Below the pieces are notes generated by a model. The model searched no databases, was not told the origin of the DNA, and saw only the letters and a list, made by a program, of their open reading frames with translations. Both the position numbers and the translations under genes were made by a program. A stretch of 64,000 bases of DNA from Phycisphaerales bacterium (GTDB lineage Bacteria > Planctomycetota > Phycisphaerae > Phycisphaerales > SM1A02): assembly GCA_009691805.1 (NCBI GenBank), contig SIAK01000002.1, forward strand, positions 17,627 to 81,626. The letters are read 5' to 3'. The stretch's first letter is position 1, and each line of letters begins with the position of its first letter. Below are positions 9,238-19,113 of the stretch, piece after piece.

Positions 9238-10659
9238 TTAGTTTTCGTCGCCTTCGTCCGCTTCGTCGGCCGAGGGCGCGAACTTCTTCGCTTCAACTTC
9301 GGGAACAGCGAGGCGCTTGTCGAGCACGCGCTGGCGAATCTCCGCGAACAACTCGGGATGGTCACGCAAGAACTGTTTCGCGTTTTCGCGACCCTGCCCA
9401 ACGCGCGTTCCCTTGTAGCTGAACCAAGATCCAGCCTTCTCAATCACACTGTCCTCGACGGCGAGATCGACCAGGTCGCCCGAGAGCGAGATGCCTTCGT
9501 TGAACATGATGTCGAACTCCGCTTCACGGAACGGTGGCGCGACCTTGTTCTTCACGACTTTCGCGCGCACGCGATTGCCAATGTTGTTGTCGCCATCTTT
9601 GATTGCGCCAATGCGGCGGATGTCGATGCGGATGGACGCGTAGAACTTGAGCGCCTTTCCACCCGTCGTGGTTTCAGGTGAACCGAACATCACGCCGATC
9701 TTGTCGCGGAGCTGGTTGATGAAGATCACGATGCACTCGCTCTTCGCAATCGCGCCCGTGAGCTTACGAAGCGCTTGGCTCATGAGTCGTGCTTGCAGAC
9801 CCATCTGCGAATCGCCCATTTCGCCTTCGATTTCAGCCTTTGGAATGAGCGCGGCTACCGAGTCAATCACGATGATGTCCACCGCGTTCGATCGCACGAG
9901 CATCTCGCAGATTTCGAGTGCTTGCTCGCCTGTATCTGGTTGCGACACCAACATCTCATGGATGTTGACGCCCAGACGCTTCGCCCACGAAGGATCAAGC
10001 GCATGTTCCGCGTCAATGAACGCAGCTATACCACCGGACTTCTGCGCGTTCGCAATCACCGTGAGCGCGAGTGTCGTCTTGCCTGAAGATTCTGGGCCAT
10101 AGATCTCAACGACACGACCGCGCGGAAGACCGCGTCCACCAAGTGCAAGATCGAGGCTCAGCGCGCCAGTAGAGATAGAAGGAATCGGAAGCAGCGAATC
10201 GCCATCAAGTTTCATGATGGAACCCTTGCCATACGCCTTCTCGATGGTGGCGAGCGCGCGATCAAGTGCTGCGAGCTTTCCCTTCTTCGCCTCGTCTGCC
10301 TTCGCGTCTGCCCTCGCATCCGCTTTCGTATCGCGCTTCACGACCGGTGCGCCATCAGCCTTCGGGGCAACTGCCGCCTTAGGAGGAATCCGTCCGCCCT
10401 GTTCTGGACGCTTCTCTTCAATCATCGCACGTGCGGCCGTGCTCGCGTTCGAACATGCGAAAGATGGAGCGGAAGAAGAAGCGTGTGGTTGGGTCATAGG
10501 CTTAGTGTTTGTGATCATGGCTGGGTTCGTCCTTGAACTTGGAGCATCTGTCGCGCGATCCAACTTTGTCGTGGATGCTTGATTTGCGGATTGATTCGAA
10601 ACTGGATTCGTGACTGGATTCGTGACTGAATTCGTAACTGGATTCGTAAGTGCAATCAT
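9238..10659 (-). CDS. recA: recombinase RecA (start uncertain; longest ORF shown)
   Basis: The core is canonical RecA: [16 protein letters not shown]...[16 protein letters not shown] (Walker A)...[38 protein letters not shown]...[37 protein letters not shown]. About 130 aa precede the core in the longest ORF. Alternative ATGs lie at 10518, 10497 and 10425. Confidence 0.93.
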   Translation of the reverse strand: MIALTNPVTNSVTNPVTNPVSNQSANQASTTKLDRATDAPSSRTNPAMITNTKPMTQPHASSSAPSFACSNASTAARAMIEEKRPEQGGRIPPKAAVAPKADGAPVVKRDTKADARADAKADEAKKGKLAALDRALATIEKAYGKGSIMKLDGDSLLPIPSISTGALSLDLALGGRGLPRGRVVEIYGPESSGKTTLALTVIANAQKSGGIAAFIDAEHALDPSWAKRLGVNIHEMLVSQPDTGEQALEICEMLVRSNAVDIIVIDSVAALIPKAEIEGEMGDSQMGLQARLMSQALRKLTGAIAKSECIVIFINQLRDKIGVMFGSPETTTGGKALKFYASIRIDIRRIGAIKDGDNNIGNRVRAKVVKNKVAPPFREAEFDIMFNEGISLSGDLVDLAVEDSVIEKAGSWFSYKGTRVGQGRENAKQFLRDHPELFAEIRQRVLDKRLAVPEVEAKKFAPSADEADEGDEN

Positions 10660-11084
10660 CTCTTCTTGTCCCCTACTCGTGTGCCTCGTGCGGTCAGGTT
10701 GGCGGTGAAACCCTTGTTTCGTGTTCCCTCAGGCGGAAGTTCTGCGTGACTGAGCGACCGGGTGCTGTCGCTCAACATGCGTACTGTTCGATGCTTCGAG
10801 AATTCGCTGAAGGCTGACTGAACAACCTCGAACGCCAACCATTTCTACACTCGCTCGGAACTTTCCTCACGCCTTCCTTAGGACGCGCTCTGGAATTGAA
10901 CTTCAGACTTCGAAACACCGACTTTGGCGTTTTCCCCGCATGAATCGTTCAATCGAACCGAACATCGACCTTCTTTTTGTTCGGTCGATGTTTGGATATT
11001 ACCACATCGGCTCACTCTGCGGCGATACCCCTACAAAAAGCCTAACAAAATTTCTGAATTTTTCGGCGCGACGATTTCATGGCC

Positions 11085-11113
11085 AAAAACGACCCCATCC
11101 AGTGGGGTCGTTT
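11085..11113 (-). terminator. intrinsic terminator downstream of the UDP-glucuronate decarboxylase gene (potentially bidirectional)
   Basis: AAAAACGACCCCAtccagTGGGGTCGTTT has a perfect 8-bp GC-rich stem and a 5-nt loop. On the minus strand it is followed by TTTTT. It lies 35 nt after the stop at 11148. Confidence 0.7.
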
Positions 11114-11147
11114 GATCGCTTCATGTAGAGAAGGCGGCGCGCCGTGA

Positions 11148-12119
11148 TCAGTAGTTAGGCGTCGGCGCGCGGAATTGCGCGATGTCCACCGAGCGGAAAT
11201 ACTCGATCGTGCGCACGAGTCCGTCACGCAACGAAATCGTGGGTTCCCAGCCGAGCACCGTTCTGGCAAGCGTAATGTCCGGACGCCGTTGGAGCGGATC
11301 GTCCTGCGGAAGCGGTCGCGCGCGAATGATCTGCGACTTGCTTCCCGAGAGTTCGACGACCAGTTCCGCGAGTTGCAGAATTGTGAACTCCGTCGGGTTG
11401 CCGAGATTGATCGGCCCGATGACTCCCTTCGGCATGTCCATAAACTTGAGGAAGCCATCGATCAGATCGTCGCGATAGCAGAACGATCTCGTCTGCGTGC
11501 CTTCGCCGTAGATCGTGATCGATTCGCCGAGCAACGCTTGCCGAATAAAATTGCTCACCACGCGACCATCAAACGGATGCATGCGCGGGCCATACGTGTT
11601 AAAGATTCGCACGACCCGAATATCGAGACCGTTCTGACGGTTGTAGTCAAAGAACAGCGTTTCTGCCGCACGTTTACCCTCGTCGTAGCACGCGCGAGGA
11701 CCGATCGGATTCACATTTCCTCGGTAACTCTCGGGCTGCGGATGCACATCAGGATCGCCATAGACCTCGCTCGTCGAAGCATGAAAAATCTTCGCGCGCA
11801 CGCGCTTGGCGAGGCCGAGCATGTTGATCGCGCCGAGCACACTCGTCTTCATCGTCTTGATCGGGTTGTACTGGTAGTGCCCGGGTGCTGCGGGGCACGC
11901 GAGATTGTAAATCTCATCGACCTCAAGCATGATCGGCTCGGTGACATCGTGGCGGATGAACTCGAAATTCTTCAGTCCGAGGAGATGCTCGATATTCGAT
12001 TTCTGGCTCGTAAAAAGGTTGTCGAGACAGATGACATCATGTCCCATCGCGACGAGGCGATCGCAGAGATGGGAACCCAAGAACCCGGCGCCGCCGGTCA
12101 CAAGTATGCGCTTCACCAT
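11148..12119 (-). CDS. UDP-glucuronate decarboxylase (UDP-xylose synthase), SDR family
   Basis: [22 protein letters not shown] (Rossmann GxxGxxG)...[20 protein letters not shown]...STSEVYGDP...[13 protein letters not shown] (YxxxK)...[10 protein letters not shown] is the characteristic UXS motif set. Confidence 0.88.
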   Translation of the reverse strand: MVKRILVTGGAGFLGSHLCDRLVAMGHDVICLDNLFTSQKSNIEHLLGLKNFEFIRHDVTEPIMLEVDEIYNLACPAAPGHYQYNPIKTMKTSVLGAINMLGLAKRVRAKIFHASTSEVYGDPDVHPQPESYRGNVNPIGPRACYDEGKRAAETLFFDYNRQNGLDIRVVRIFNTYGPRMHPFDGRVVSNFIRQALLGESITIYGEGTQTRSFCYRDDLIDGFLKFMDMPKGVIGPINLGNPTEFTILQLAELVVELSGSKSQIIRARPLPQDDPLQRRPDITLARTVLGWEPTISLRDGLVRTIEYFRSVDIAQFRAPTPNY

Positions 12120-12192
12120 AAGGATTGAGTGTATCGGCGATAGGAATGCATCCCTTGCACGGATTCAGCCGATTGCGGCAAGCAGCCAAAGA

Positions 12193-13434
12193 ATGCACCA
12201 TGCAACCATGACCGCACTTGCGCATGCCACCACAGACTCTCGCATCGTCGTTGGCACGATGACGGGGACGAGTCTTGATGGCGATATCGATGTCGCGGCG
12301 GTGCGCATCGACGGACACGGTCACGAGCTCAGCGCCTGTTTTATCGAAGGAATCTCGCATCCACTCGGTGCGTTGATTCAAGATCTGCGGCGCGCTGCAC
12401 AGCAAGAACCGATGACTGCGATGGAGTTCGCTCAACTCGCGCACGCTTTCGGGCAAGCGCACGCACACGCGATTCACGCACTTTGCACGGGTTGCGGCAT
12501 CACGCCAGATCTTGTTGTTTTACATGGACAAACTGTCTTCCACGCGCCCCCGCTTTCGTGGCAACTCCTCAATCCCTGGCCCGTCGCAACCGCGATGCAG
12601 TGCCGCGTGCGATTCGATCTTCGCGCGGCGAATCTTGCGAGTGGCGGCGAAGGTGCGCCAATCACTCCGCTCGCGGATCTCTTTCTTTTCGGATCGTCCG
12701 AAGCGCCCATTGGTGTACTCAATCTCGGTGGCTTCGCGAATGCGACACTCCTTCCACGCATCGACCCTGGCCGCGCGATGGAATCCTCCCAACACGTGCG
12801 AGGCTTTGATGTCTGCGCGTGCAATCACCTGCTTGATCGTGTGGCGCGCGAACGACTTGGCAAAGCATTTGACGAAGATGGCAACGCGGCGCGCGCTGGA
12901 GTTTGCGATGGCGCAGCACTCGACGAAATTCTCCACGCGATGCGCGCGCACGCAAAGGAGAGTCTCGCGACTCGTCGCTCACTCGGAACAGGCGACGAGT
13001 CTGCGCGCGCAATCGACGCGACGCGTCAACTTTCCTCCAATGATGCATGTCGCACGATTGTCGAAGCGATCGCGCGGACGATTGTTTCAACGCTTCGCGA
13101 TGCAGGATTGCGCGACGAGGACACTCTGCTTCTCGCGGGTGGATCCGCAAGGCATCACGCGCTTGTGCAGTCCATCGCGCGCGCACGAACAGGGAAGACG
13201 CACACGACGATGGAATCGCACGGTGTCCCCGTGGGCATGCGAGAACCTGTAGGCATCGCAGTGCTCGGCACGCTCGCGGAAGACGGACTTTCTTACTGTC
13301 TTGAGCAGGTCGTCGGCGCAAAATCGCGCATGCTCGATGGCGCCAGCATTACACCGATGCAACCCTCTCTGCACCGAAGCAGTGTTGGAAACACCGAGCA
13401 AAAAGCACTTTCGAAGCCAATCTACGCACCATGA
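12193..13434 (+). CDS. anmK: anhydro-N-acetylmuramic acid kinase
   Basis: IVVGTMTGTSLDGDIDVAAV (MSGTSLDGID-like)...LHGQTVFH...FDLRAANLASGGEGAPITPLAD...LNLGGFAN...GFDVCACN...LAGGSARH. The start was trimmed to the ATG at 12193 (alternative 12208) inside ORF 11929..13434. Confidence 0.85.
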   Translation: MHHATMTALAHATTDSRIVVGTMTGTSLDGDIDVAAVRIDGHGHELSACFIEGISHPLGALIQDLRRAAQQEPMTAMEFAQLAHAFGQAHAHAIHALCTGCGITPDLVVLHGQTVFHAPPLSWQLLNPWPVATAMQCRVRFDLRAANLASGGEGAPITPLADLFLFGSSEAPIGVLNLGGFANATLLPRIDPGRAMESSQHVRGFDVCACNHLLDRVARERLGKAFDEDGNAARAGVCDGAALDEILHAMRAHAKESLATRRSLGTGDESARAIDATRQLSSNDACRTIVEAIARTIVSTLRDAGLRDEDTLLLAGGSARHHALVQSIARARTGKTHTTMESHGVPVGMREPVGIAVLGTLAEDGLSYCLEQVVGAKSRMLDGASITPMQPSLHRSSVGNTEQKALSKPIYAP

Positions 13435-13561
13435 GAGGGCTCCGGCAGGCGACCTCCGCACGACCTCAATGCATCTGCGCCGCTGACACCTACTCTTCTC
13501 CCTTCTTCTCGGGCTCCACAACGGAGCCACGACCTGAGACACGCAAGAATGAACCTGAGCC

Positions 13562-14287
13562 ATGACTGTGAGCACTGCCAAAGCAGAAATCCTGATTGTT
13601 GAAGACGAGCCGGAGATCGCGGAACTCATCGAGTTTCATGCGCAGCGCGAAGGGATGAACGCACGCACCTGCCACAGCGGACGGCTCGCTCTCGATGCGA
13701 TTCGCCGCCAGGCTCCCGATCTCATCGTCCTCGACCTCATGCTTCCTGATCTCAGTGGACTTGAAGTCTGCCGCCGACTGAAACAAGCCGCCGAAACGCG
13801 CAATATTCCGATCGTCATGGTGACGGCGAAGGGCGAAGAATCGGACATCGTCGCTGGCCTCGAACTCGGCGCGGATGATTATGTCACGAAGCCATTCAGC
13901 CCACGCGTCCTCATGGCGCGATTGAAGAGCGTGCTTCGTCGACAGCTCGAAGAACTTCCGCGCAAGGAAGGCAATCGCATCGTGCTCTTGAGCGGTTCCC
14001 TCGTGATTGATGCTGATCGCCACGAGACGCTGATCGATGGAAAGAAGATTGATCTCACGCTCACGGAGTTTGGAATTTTGCAATGCCTCGCCATTCGTAA
14101 GGGTTTCGTGCGCACGCGCGATCAGATCATCGCGTCCGTCCACGGGAAACACACCATGCTTTCGAGCCGCACGGTCGATGTGCACGTCACGGCGCTCCGG
14201 CGCAAGTTGCTTCGCCATGCAGAATGCGTAGAAACGGTGCGTGGCGTGGGCTATCGCTTCGCGGAGTCGCACACCGAGGATGCGTGA
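13562..14287 (+). CDS. phoB: OmpR-family response regulator, PhoB-like
   Basis: The receiver domain reads ILIVEDEPEIAELI...DLIVLDLMLPDLSGLEVCRRL...PIVMVTAKGEE...GADDYVTKPFSP. The winged-helix output domain reads TLTEFGILQCL...VDVHVTALRRKL...VETVRGVGYRF. It is followed by phoR and pstSCAB-phoU. Confidence 0.88.
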   Translation: MTVSTAKAEILIVEDEPEIAELIEFHAQREGMNARTCHSGRLALDAIRRQAPDLIVLDLMLPDLSGLEVCRRLKQAAETRNIPIVMVTAKGEESDIVAGLELGADDYVTKPFSPRVLMARLKSVLRRQLEELPRKEGNRIVLLSGSLVIDADRHETLIDGKKIDLTLTEFGILQCLAIRKGFVRTRDQIIASVHGKHTMLSSRTVDVHVTALRRKLLRHAECVETVRGVGYRFAESHTEDA

Positions 14288-14330
14288 TCAAAGCAGCACT
14301 CGTTCGCGCGCCGCGCTACGCTGATCGCCG

Positions 14331-15650
14331 ATGACTTTCGCGCTTGCGCCCATCCTTGCTGAGGTTTCCGTCGGATGGATTGCCGCGCTGTTGATTGCAC
14401 TCGCAAGCGTGTGCTACGGAATGTCTGTGCGCCGAAGTATGCAACGACTCCAGCGCTCGATCGAGCAGAACGACGCGCCGCGCGGAGACGATGACTCGGG
14501 CGCATTCGGAGATCTCGCGCGTGCGATCGATCGCAGGCTCCGCGAGTCCAATCAACGCACGGCACTCGCGCAAACACAACTCGAAGAGACCCGCAAGACG
14601 CTCCGCGCGACTTCCATCGCGGTCATCGCGCTCGATCCGCAGCAGCGCGTGCTCGACATCAATCCCGCTGCCGCGCGCATGCTTGCGTGCGAAGAGACGC
14701 GCGCGCGCGGTCGACTGCTTCAAGAAATCGTGCGCGAACAAGCGCTCAACGCGTTTGTCGATGGCGCGCTCGCGACAGGCGGCGATTCCTCTGCGCAACT
14801 CGAGATGCGCAGCGCGACGAGCAAGCAAAGTCCCATGACCCTCCACGCGTCGAGTGAACCGTTGGAAATGTCGGATGGGCAGAACGGCATCGTGCTGAGC
14901 CTTGTCGACGTCACGCGCGCGCGTCAACTCGAAGCGATGCGGAGCAATTTCGCAGCCAACGTGAGCCATGAACTTCGCACGCCCATCACAACAATCCGTG
15001 GATTTGTCGACACGCTGACGCAACTCGGTCGCACCGACCTCGATCGTTCGGAACGGTTCCTCGCCATCGTGCAACGAAACGTCGTTCGCCTCTCCGCGAT
15101 CGTCGAGGACATCCTCACGCTTTCACTACTCGAAGATCCCACGCACCACGCGACCCTCGACAAGCAACGCATGCCCGTGCTCGAACTCATGCAAGAGTGC
15201 GCGGAAGATCTCGCCTCCGCGGCGGAACTTCGCAAGATCCATATCGCCATCGAAGATCCGCACAACGCCGTTGCGATCGTGAACAAATCGCTCGCGATTC
15301 AAGCCGTGACGAATCTGCTTTCGAATGCGATTCGATATGCGCCCGAGCAATCCACAGTGACATTGCGGAGCATCGTGAACACGGAAGAGAGTGGCGTTGA
15401 AGTCATCGATACTGGATCAGGCATTCCCACAAAGCACCTCGAGCGCATCTTCGAACGGTTCTATCGCGTGGATAAATCGCGGCATCGCGAAACAGGCGGC
15501 ACGGGGCTCGGACTTGCGATCGTCAAACACATCGCGCACGCCCACGGTGGACGGGTTGAAGCGGAGAGTCAGATCGGCGAAGGATGCAACTTCAAAGTGT
15601 GGTTTCCCTCGCAATTCCCAGCATCTCAACACGATCTGAACACAAACTAA
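14331..15650 (+). CDS. phoR: phosphate-regulon sensor histidine kinase, PhoR-like
   Basis: An N-terminal TM segment is followed by a PAS-like region, HisKA (FAANVSHELRTPITTIRGFVDTL) and HATPase_c (LSNAIRYAP...VIDTGSGIP...FERFYRVDKSR...GGTGLGLAIVKHI). The gene context is phoB-phoR-pst. Confidence 0.85.
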   Translation: MTFALAPILAEVSVGWIAALLIALASVCYGMSVRRSMQRLQRSIEQNDAPRGDDDSGAFGDLARAIDRRLRESNQRTALAQTQLEETRKTLRATSIAVIALDPQQRVLDINPAAARMLACEETRARGRLLQEIVREQALNAFVDGALATGGDSSAQLEMRSATSKQSPMTLHASSEPLEMSDGQNGIVLSLVDVTRARQLEAMRSNFAANVSHELRTPITTIRGFVDTLTQLGRTDLDRSERFLAIVQRNVVRLSAIVEDILTLSLLEDPTHHATLDKQRMPVLELMQECAEDLASAAELRKIHIAIEDPHNAVAIVNKSLAIQAVTNLLSNAIRYAPEQSTVTLRSIVNTEESGVEVIDTGSGIPTKHLERIFERFYRVDKSRHRETGGTGLGLAIVKHIAHAHGGRVEAESQIGEGCNFKVWFPSQFPASQHDLNTN

Positions 15651-15740
15651 ACATTGGCTCGCGACCGTGTGTGCCCACGAGGAAGCCAGCCCGATCCCTC
15701 TGGTCGTTTCAAACCTCTTTGCGAATCCCGAGAACCATTC

Positions 15741-16748
15741 ATGCAGCACTTGCGACACATTTCAACGGCAATTCTCCTCATCGCCTCCGCAAGTTTGCTC
15801 GCCGCAACGGCTCCACAACAAGATGCGGCAACCAAGAATCTGAAGGGGTCGATCAAGATCGACGGCTCTTCGACTGTGTATCCAATCACCGAAGCTGTCG
15901 CTGAAGAGTTCCGGAAAGGTGCACCGCGTGTGCGCCCCACCGTCGGCATCTCAGGAACGGGCGGTGGTTTCAAGCGATTCCAAGCGGGCGAAACAGACAT
16001 CAGCAATGCATCACGACCGATCAAGAAATCTGAATCGGATGTTTGCGCGAAACTCGGCATCGACTTCCTCGAACTCCCGATCGCGTTCGATGGTCTCTCG
16101 ATCGTCGTCCATCCCAAGAACACGTTCGCCGACAAGTTGACAATCGAAAATCTGAAAACAATTTTCAGTGCAACAAGCGCCGCGAAGACATGGAAAGATG
16201 TGCGCAGCGATTGGCCTGCAACTCCGATCAAGGTCTACATGCCAGGTACGGATTCTGGAACGTTTGATTACTTCAGAGAAGTTGTCCTCGGAAAAGATGG
16301 CAAAGTGCGCGCAGACGCGAGCGTTTCCGAAGATGACAACGTGCTCGTGCGCGGCGTCGCTGGGAACGAAGGTTCGATCGGATTCTTCGGCTGCGCGTAT
16401 TACTTTGAGAACAAAGATGCAGTCCGCGCCGTGTCCATCGTGTCGCCCAAAGGTGACGCAGTGCTTCCCACGAGGGACACGATCGAAGGCGGAACCTACG
16501 CGCCCTTCAGCCGACCACTCTTTATCTATGTGAGCGCGAAAAGCGCGGCGAAGCCAGAGATTGCTGCATTCATCGGGTACTACATCGCCAACGCGGGCAA
16601 GTACGCGGAAGAAGTTGGATATGTAAAATTTCCAGATGCGATCTACGCGCGCGTCAAGGCGAACTGGGATGCGCGCAGAGTCGGATCGCAATTCTCCGAT
16701 GCGGATGGGAACGCAATCCTCGGCGCACTCGAGTCGATCTATAAATGA
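15741..16748 (+). CDS. pstS: phosphate ABC transporter substrate-binding protein
   Basis: It has a signal peptide (MQHLRHISTAILLIASASLLAA) and IKIDGSSTVYPITEAVAEEF...GISGTGGGFKRF..GETDISNASRPIK, typical of the PstS/PBP family. The ATG at 15741 was chosen inside ORF 15654..16748. Confidence 0.88.
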   Translation: MQHLRHISTAILLIASASLLAATAPQQDAATKNLKGSIKIDGSSTVYPITEAVAEEFRKGAPRVRPTVGISGTGGGFKRFQAGETDISNASRPIKKSESDVCAKLGIDFLELPIAFDGLSIVVHPKNTFADKLTIENLKTIFSATSAAKTWKDVRSDWPATPIKVYMPGTDSGTFDYFREVVLGKDGKVRADASVSEDDNVLVRGVAGNEGSIGFFGCAYYFENKDAVRAVSIVSPKGDAVLPTRDTIEGGTYAPFSRPLFIYVSAKSAAKPEIAAFIGYYIANAGKYAEEVGYVKFPDAIYARVKANWDARRVGSQFSDADGNAILGALESIYK

Positions 16749-16903
16749 CGGCCCGGCAAGGCATCACCGAGCGCGCATTGGAAAGGCGTTTGAAGCGTCC
16801 ATCCATCCACTGAACCGACTTCTTGCGGCGGCAAAATCGTGCGCCGCATGCGTTTACACTAAGCCCCCTCGTGACCACCGCGCCGACTCCATTTCGAGAT
16901 CCG

Positions 16904-17821
16904 ATGAGCTTCGGACGCGCGCGCTCGCGTCGTTGGCGCGATTGGAGCGAGCGCGGCATTCGCTGGTCGCTCTTCTGCGCTTCGTTCTTCTCGGTCTTCG
17001 TGACATTCGCGATTCTTGTCATCCTCGCGAAAGAGTCGTTTCTGTTCTTTGGATTTGAAGAGGTGTCGATTGGAGAATTCTTCGGGAGCACCGAATGGAA
17101 TCCCCTCCTCGGCGGCGAGAAACACTTCGGCATCTGGCCATTGGTATGCGGCACGATGCTCGTCACCGTCATCGCGGCGTGCTTCGCATTGCCGATAGGA
17201 CTGACCGCCGCGGTCTATCTCAGCGAGTACGCACGACCGACCACGCGCGCGATCCTGAAGCCCGCGCTCGAAGTGCTCGCAGGGATTCCGACCGTCGTTT
17301 ACGGTTTTTTCGCACTCACCGCGATCACGCCCATCCTCCATTCCATCGCGCCACGATTTGGAAATTACAACGCGATGAGCGCAGGGCTCGCCATCGGCAT
17401 CATGATTCTGCCGATTGTCTGTTCGCTCTCCGAAGACGCGCTGCGCAGCGTGCCGCGTAGTCTTCGCGACGGCGCATACGCACTCGGCGGAACGAAGTTT
17501 GATGTCAGCGTGAAGGTCGTCGTACCCGCTGCGCTCTCGGGCATTGTCGCGAGTTTCTTGCTCGCGATGAGTCGCGCGATCGGCGAGACCATGGTCGTCG
17601 CGCTCGCTGCGGGCGGAATTGCGCAAATGACCGCAGAACCGTGGGCGGAAGTGCAAACCATGACCGCCTATATGGTGCAAATCTTCCTTGGTGATGCGCC
17701 CGCCAACGGCGTGGAGTACGCCTCAAGTTACGCGGTGGCTGCGGTGCTCTTCACCATCACGCTCAGTTTCACCCTCGTCGGTCGTTACATCCTCAAGCGA
17801 TTCCGCGAGGAGTACGAATGA
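16904..17821 (+). CDS. pstC: phosphate ABC transporter permease PstC
   Basis: It is a multi-pass permease with the EAA-type loop (SLSEDALRSVPRSLRDGAYALGGTKF). Position in the operon supports the call. The start is uncertain (ATG 16904, in-frame GTG 16871, ORF opens at 16823). Confidence 0.85.
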   Translation: MSFGRARSRRWRDWSERGIRWSLFCASFFSVFVTFAILVILAKESFLFFGFEEVSIGEFFGSTEWNPLLGGEKHFGIWPLVCGTMLVTVIAACFALPIGLTAAVYLSEYARPTTRAILKPALEVLAGIPTVVYGFFALTAITPILHSIAPRFGNYNAMSAGLAIGIMILPIVCSLSEDALRSVPRSLRDGAYALGGTKFDVSVKVVVPAALSGIVASFLLAMSRAIGETMVVALAAGGIAQMTAEPWAEVQTMTAYMVQIFLGDAPANGVEYASSYAVAAVLFTITLSFTLVGRYILKRFREEYE

Positions 17822-19113
17822 GCACTCCGTCGCTTAATGAATTTGTTGCCCGCGGCAGACTTCGCGGCAGCGCGGCGCGCGTACTTTCCAATCGCGTCTT
17901 TCTGTGGTTCTGTCTGGCTGGCACCACGCTCGCTGTGCTCGTGCTGTTCGCGCTGCTGTTCTCCATCTTCTTGGATGGCTGGAGTGCGTTGAGTTGGGAT
18001 TTCCTCACGCAGTTCGCATCGCGAAAACCCGCTGCATCTGGCATCCGAGGTCCGCTGTGGGGCTCCGTGTGGGTCTGCGCGATTTGCGCGTTGACCGCGC
18101 TTCCGCTCGGCATTGGAACTGCGATTTATCTCGAAGAGTTCGCACCGAAGAATCGCGTGACGGGCTTCATCAATCTCAACATCATGAACCTCGCGGGCGT
18201 GCCGTCCATTGTGTACGGCATCATTGGGCTCACCGCATTCGCGCGCATGTTTGGTGGATTTGGAACGGCGGCGGATCCCACCGTGCTGCTCGGCTACACC
18301 TACTACAACGAGTATGAGTCCGTCGACGGCGACATCGTGCGAGTTCGCGTGGAAGGGATTGACCGCGCTGGCGTAGTCGAGACGACTGGCGTACAGGCCT
18401 GTTTAGCACGGTGGAATCTTTGGATCGCGCACCCCGCGCCTGCTGGCGCGCTACAGGATGGCGCGCAGGTCGAAGTGCTGACCGTCACGGACGATGGCGA
18501 GGAGAGTTGGCGCAGCGCGACCGCGCATATTCAAGGTGATGCCGAAGAGACTGCGCGCGTGGGCGAGACGAAATCGATCTCGGTTTCCGCACTCGCCGCA
18601 GCTACTGCCACCACGCAAGTGCGTGAAGGAAGTTGGTGGAGCATCTCGCTTCCCTTCGGATCGAGCGTGCTCGCAGGTGGACTCACGCTCATGCTCGTGA
18701 TCCTCCCGGTCGTGATCATTTCAAGCCAGGAAGCGTTGCGCGCAGTGCCGAGTTCGCTGCGGCAAGGCGCGCTCGCGCTCGGCAGCACCCGCTGGCAGAT
18801 GGTGCGAGAAATGACGCTCCCCGCAGCAATTCCTGGCATCATGACGGGCGCGATTCTCGCGATGAGTCGAGCGATTGGCGAAGCGGCACCGCTCTTGGTC
18901 TTGGGCGGATTTCTCTTGGTCTTCGCAACGCCCGAAAATCTCATGAGCGATTTCACCGTCCTCCCGCTGCAAATTTATAACTGGGCAGGCAGACCGCAAG
19001 CATCGTTTCACGAGCTTGCGGCCGCTGCGATCATCGTGCAACTTGTCGTCCTCTTGGTGTTCAACGGGCTTGCCGTCTTGATTCGCCAGAAACTGCAAAA
19101 GAACCTCCAGTGA
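17818..19113 (+). CDS. pstA: phosphate ABC transporter permease PstA with a ~110-135 aa internal insertion
   Basis: It has an ATGA overlap with pstC, PstA-type TM helices and the loop [26 protein letters not shown]. The soluble insert spans about aa 146-280 (nt ~18253-18657) between TM helices. Confidence 0.85.
   Translation: MSTPSLNEFVARGRLRGSAARVLSNRVFLWFCLAGTTLAVLVLFALLFSIFLDGWSALSWDFLTQFASRKPAASGIRGPLWGSVWVCAICALTALPLGIGTAIYLEEFAPKNRVTGFINLNIMNLAGVPSIVYGIIGLTAFARMFGGFGTAADPTVLLGYTYYNEYESVDGDIVRVRVEGIDRAGVVETTGVQACLARWNLWIAHPAPAGALQDGAQVEVLTVTDDGEESWRSATAHIQGDAEETARVGETKSISVSALAAATATTQVREGSWWSISLPFGSSVLAGGLTLMLVILPVVIISSQEALRAVPSSLRQGALALGSTRWQMVREMTLPAAIPGIMTGAILAMSRAIGEAAPLLVLGGFLLVFATPENLMSDFTVLPLQIYNWAGRPQASFHELAAAAIIVQLVVLLVFNGLAVLIRQKLQKNLQ

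Noticed and set aside
8211-9238. Whether tRNA-Leu, flanked by two ~450-490 bp non-coding gaps, is an integration site for a genomic island or prophage.
   Set aside because: There is no integrase, no direct repeat of the tRNA 3' end, and no phage or mobile genes on either side. The neighbours are recA and a cysteine desulfurase gene. ORFs 8469..8915 and 8737..9096 overlap the tRNA or repeats and look spurious.
10760-10800. Candidate LexA/SOS box in GTACTGTTCGATGCTTCGAGAATTC upstream of recA.
   Set aside because: It is not palindromic and does not fit any LexA motif I know (CTGT-N8-ACAG, CGAAC-N4-GTTCG, GTTC-N7-GTTC, TGTTC-N4-GAACA). It is a half-site resemblance only.
10924-11128. Small + strand ORFs (63 and 62 aa) in the AT-richer part of the recA-upstream gap.
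   Set aside because: They overlap each other in different frames, have atypical composition for this genome, show no motif, and run into the uxs terminator hairpin. This is more likely non-coding regulatory DNA.
13434-13562. Pho boxes upstream of phoB and pstS.
   Set aside because: I saw only a loose recurrence of CACGACCT(C/G)A about 70 bp apart. There is no 11-bp-phased direct-repeat pair resembling known PhoB sites, and the consensus for this lineage is unknown.
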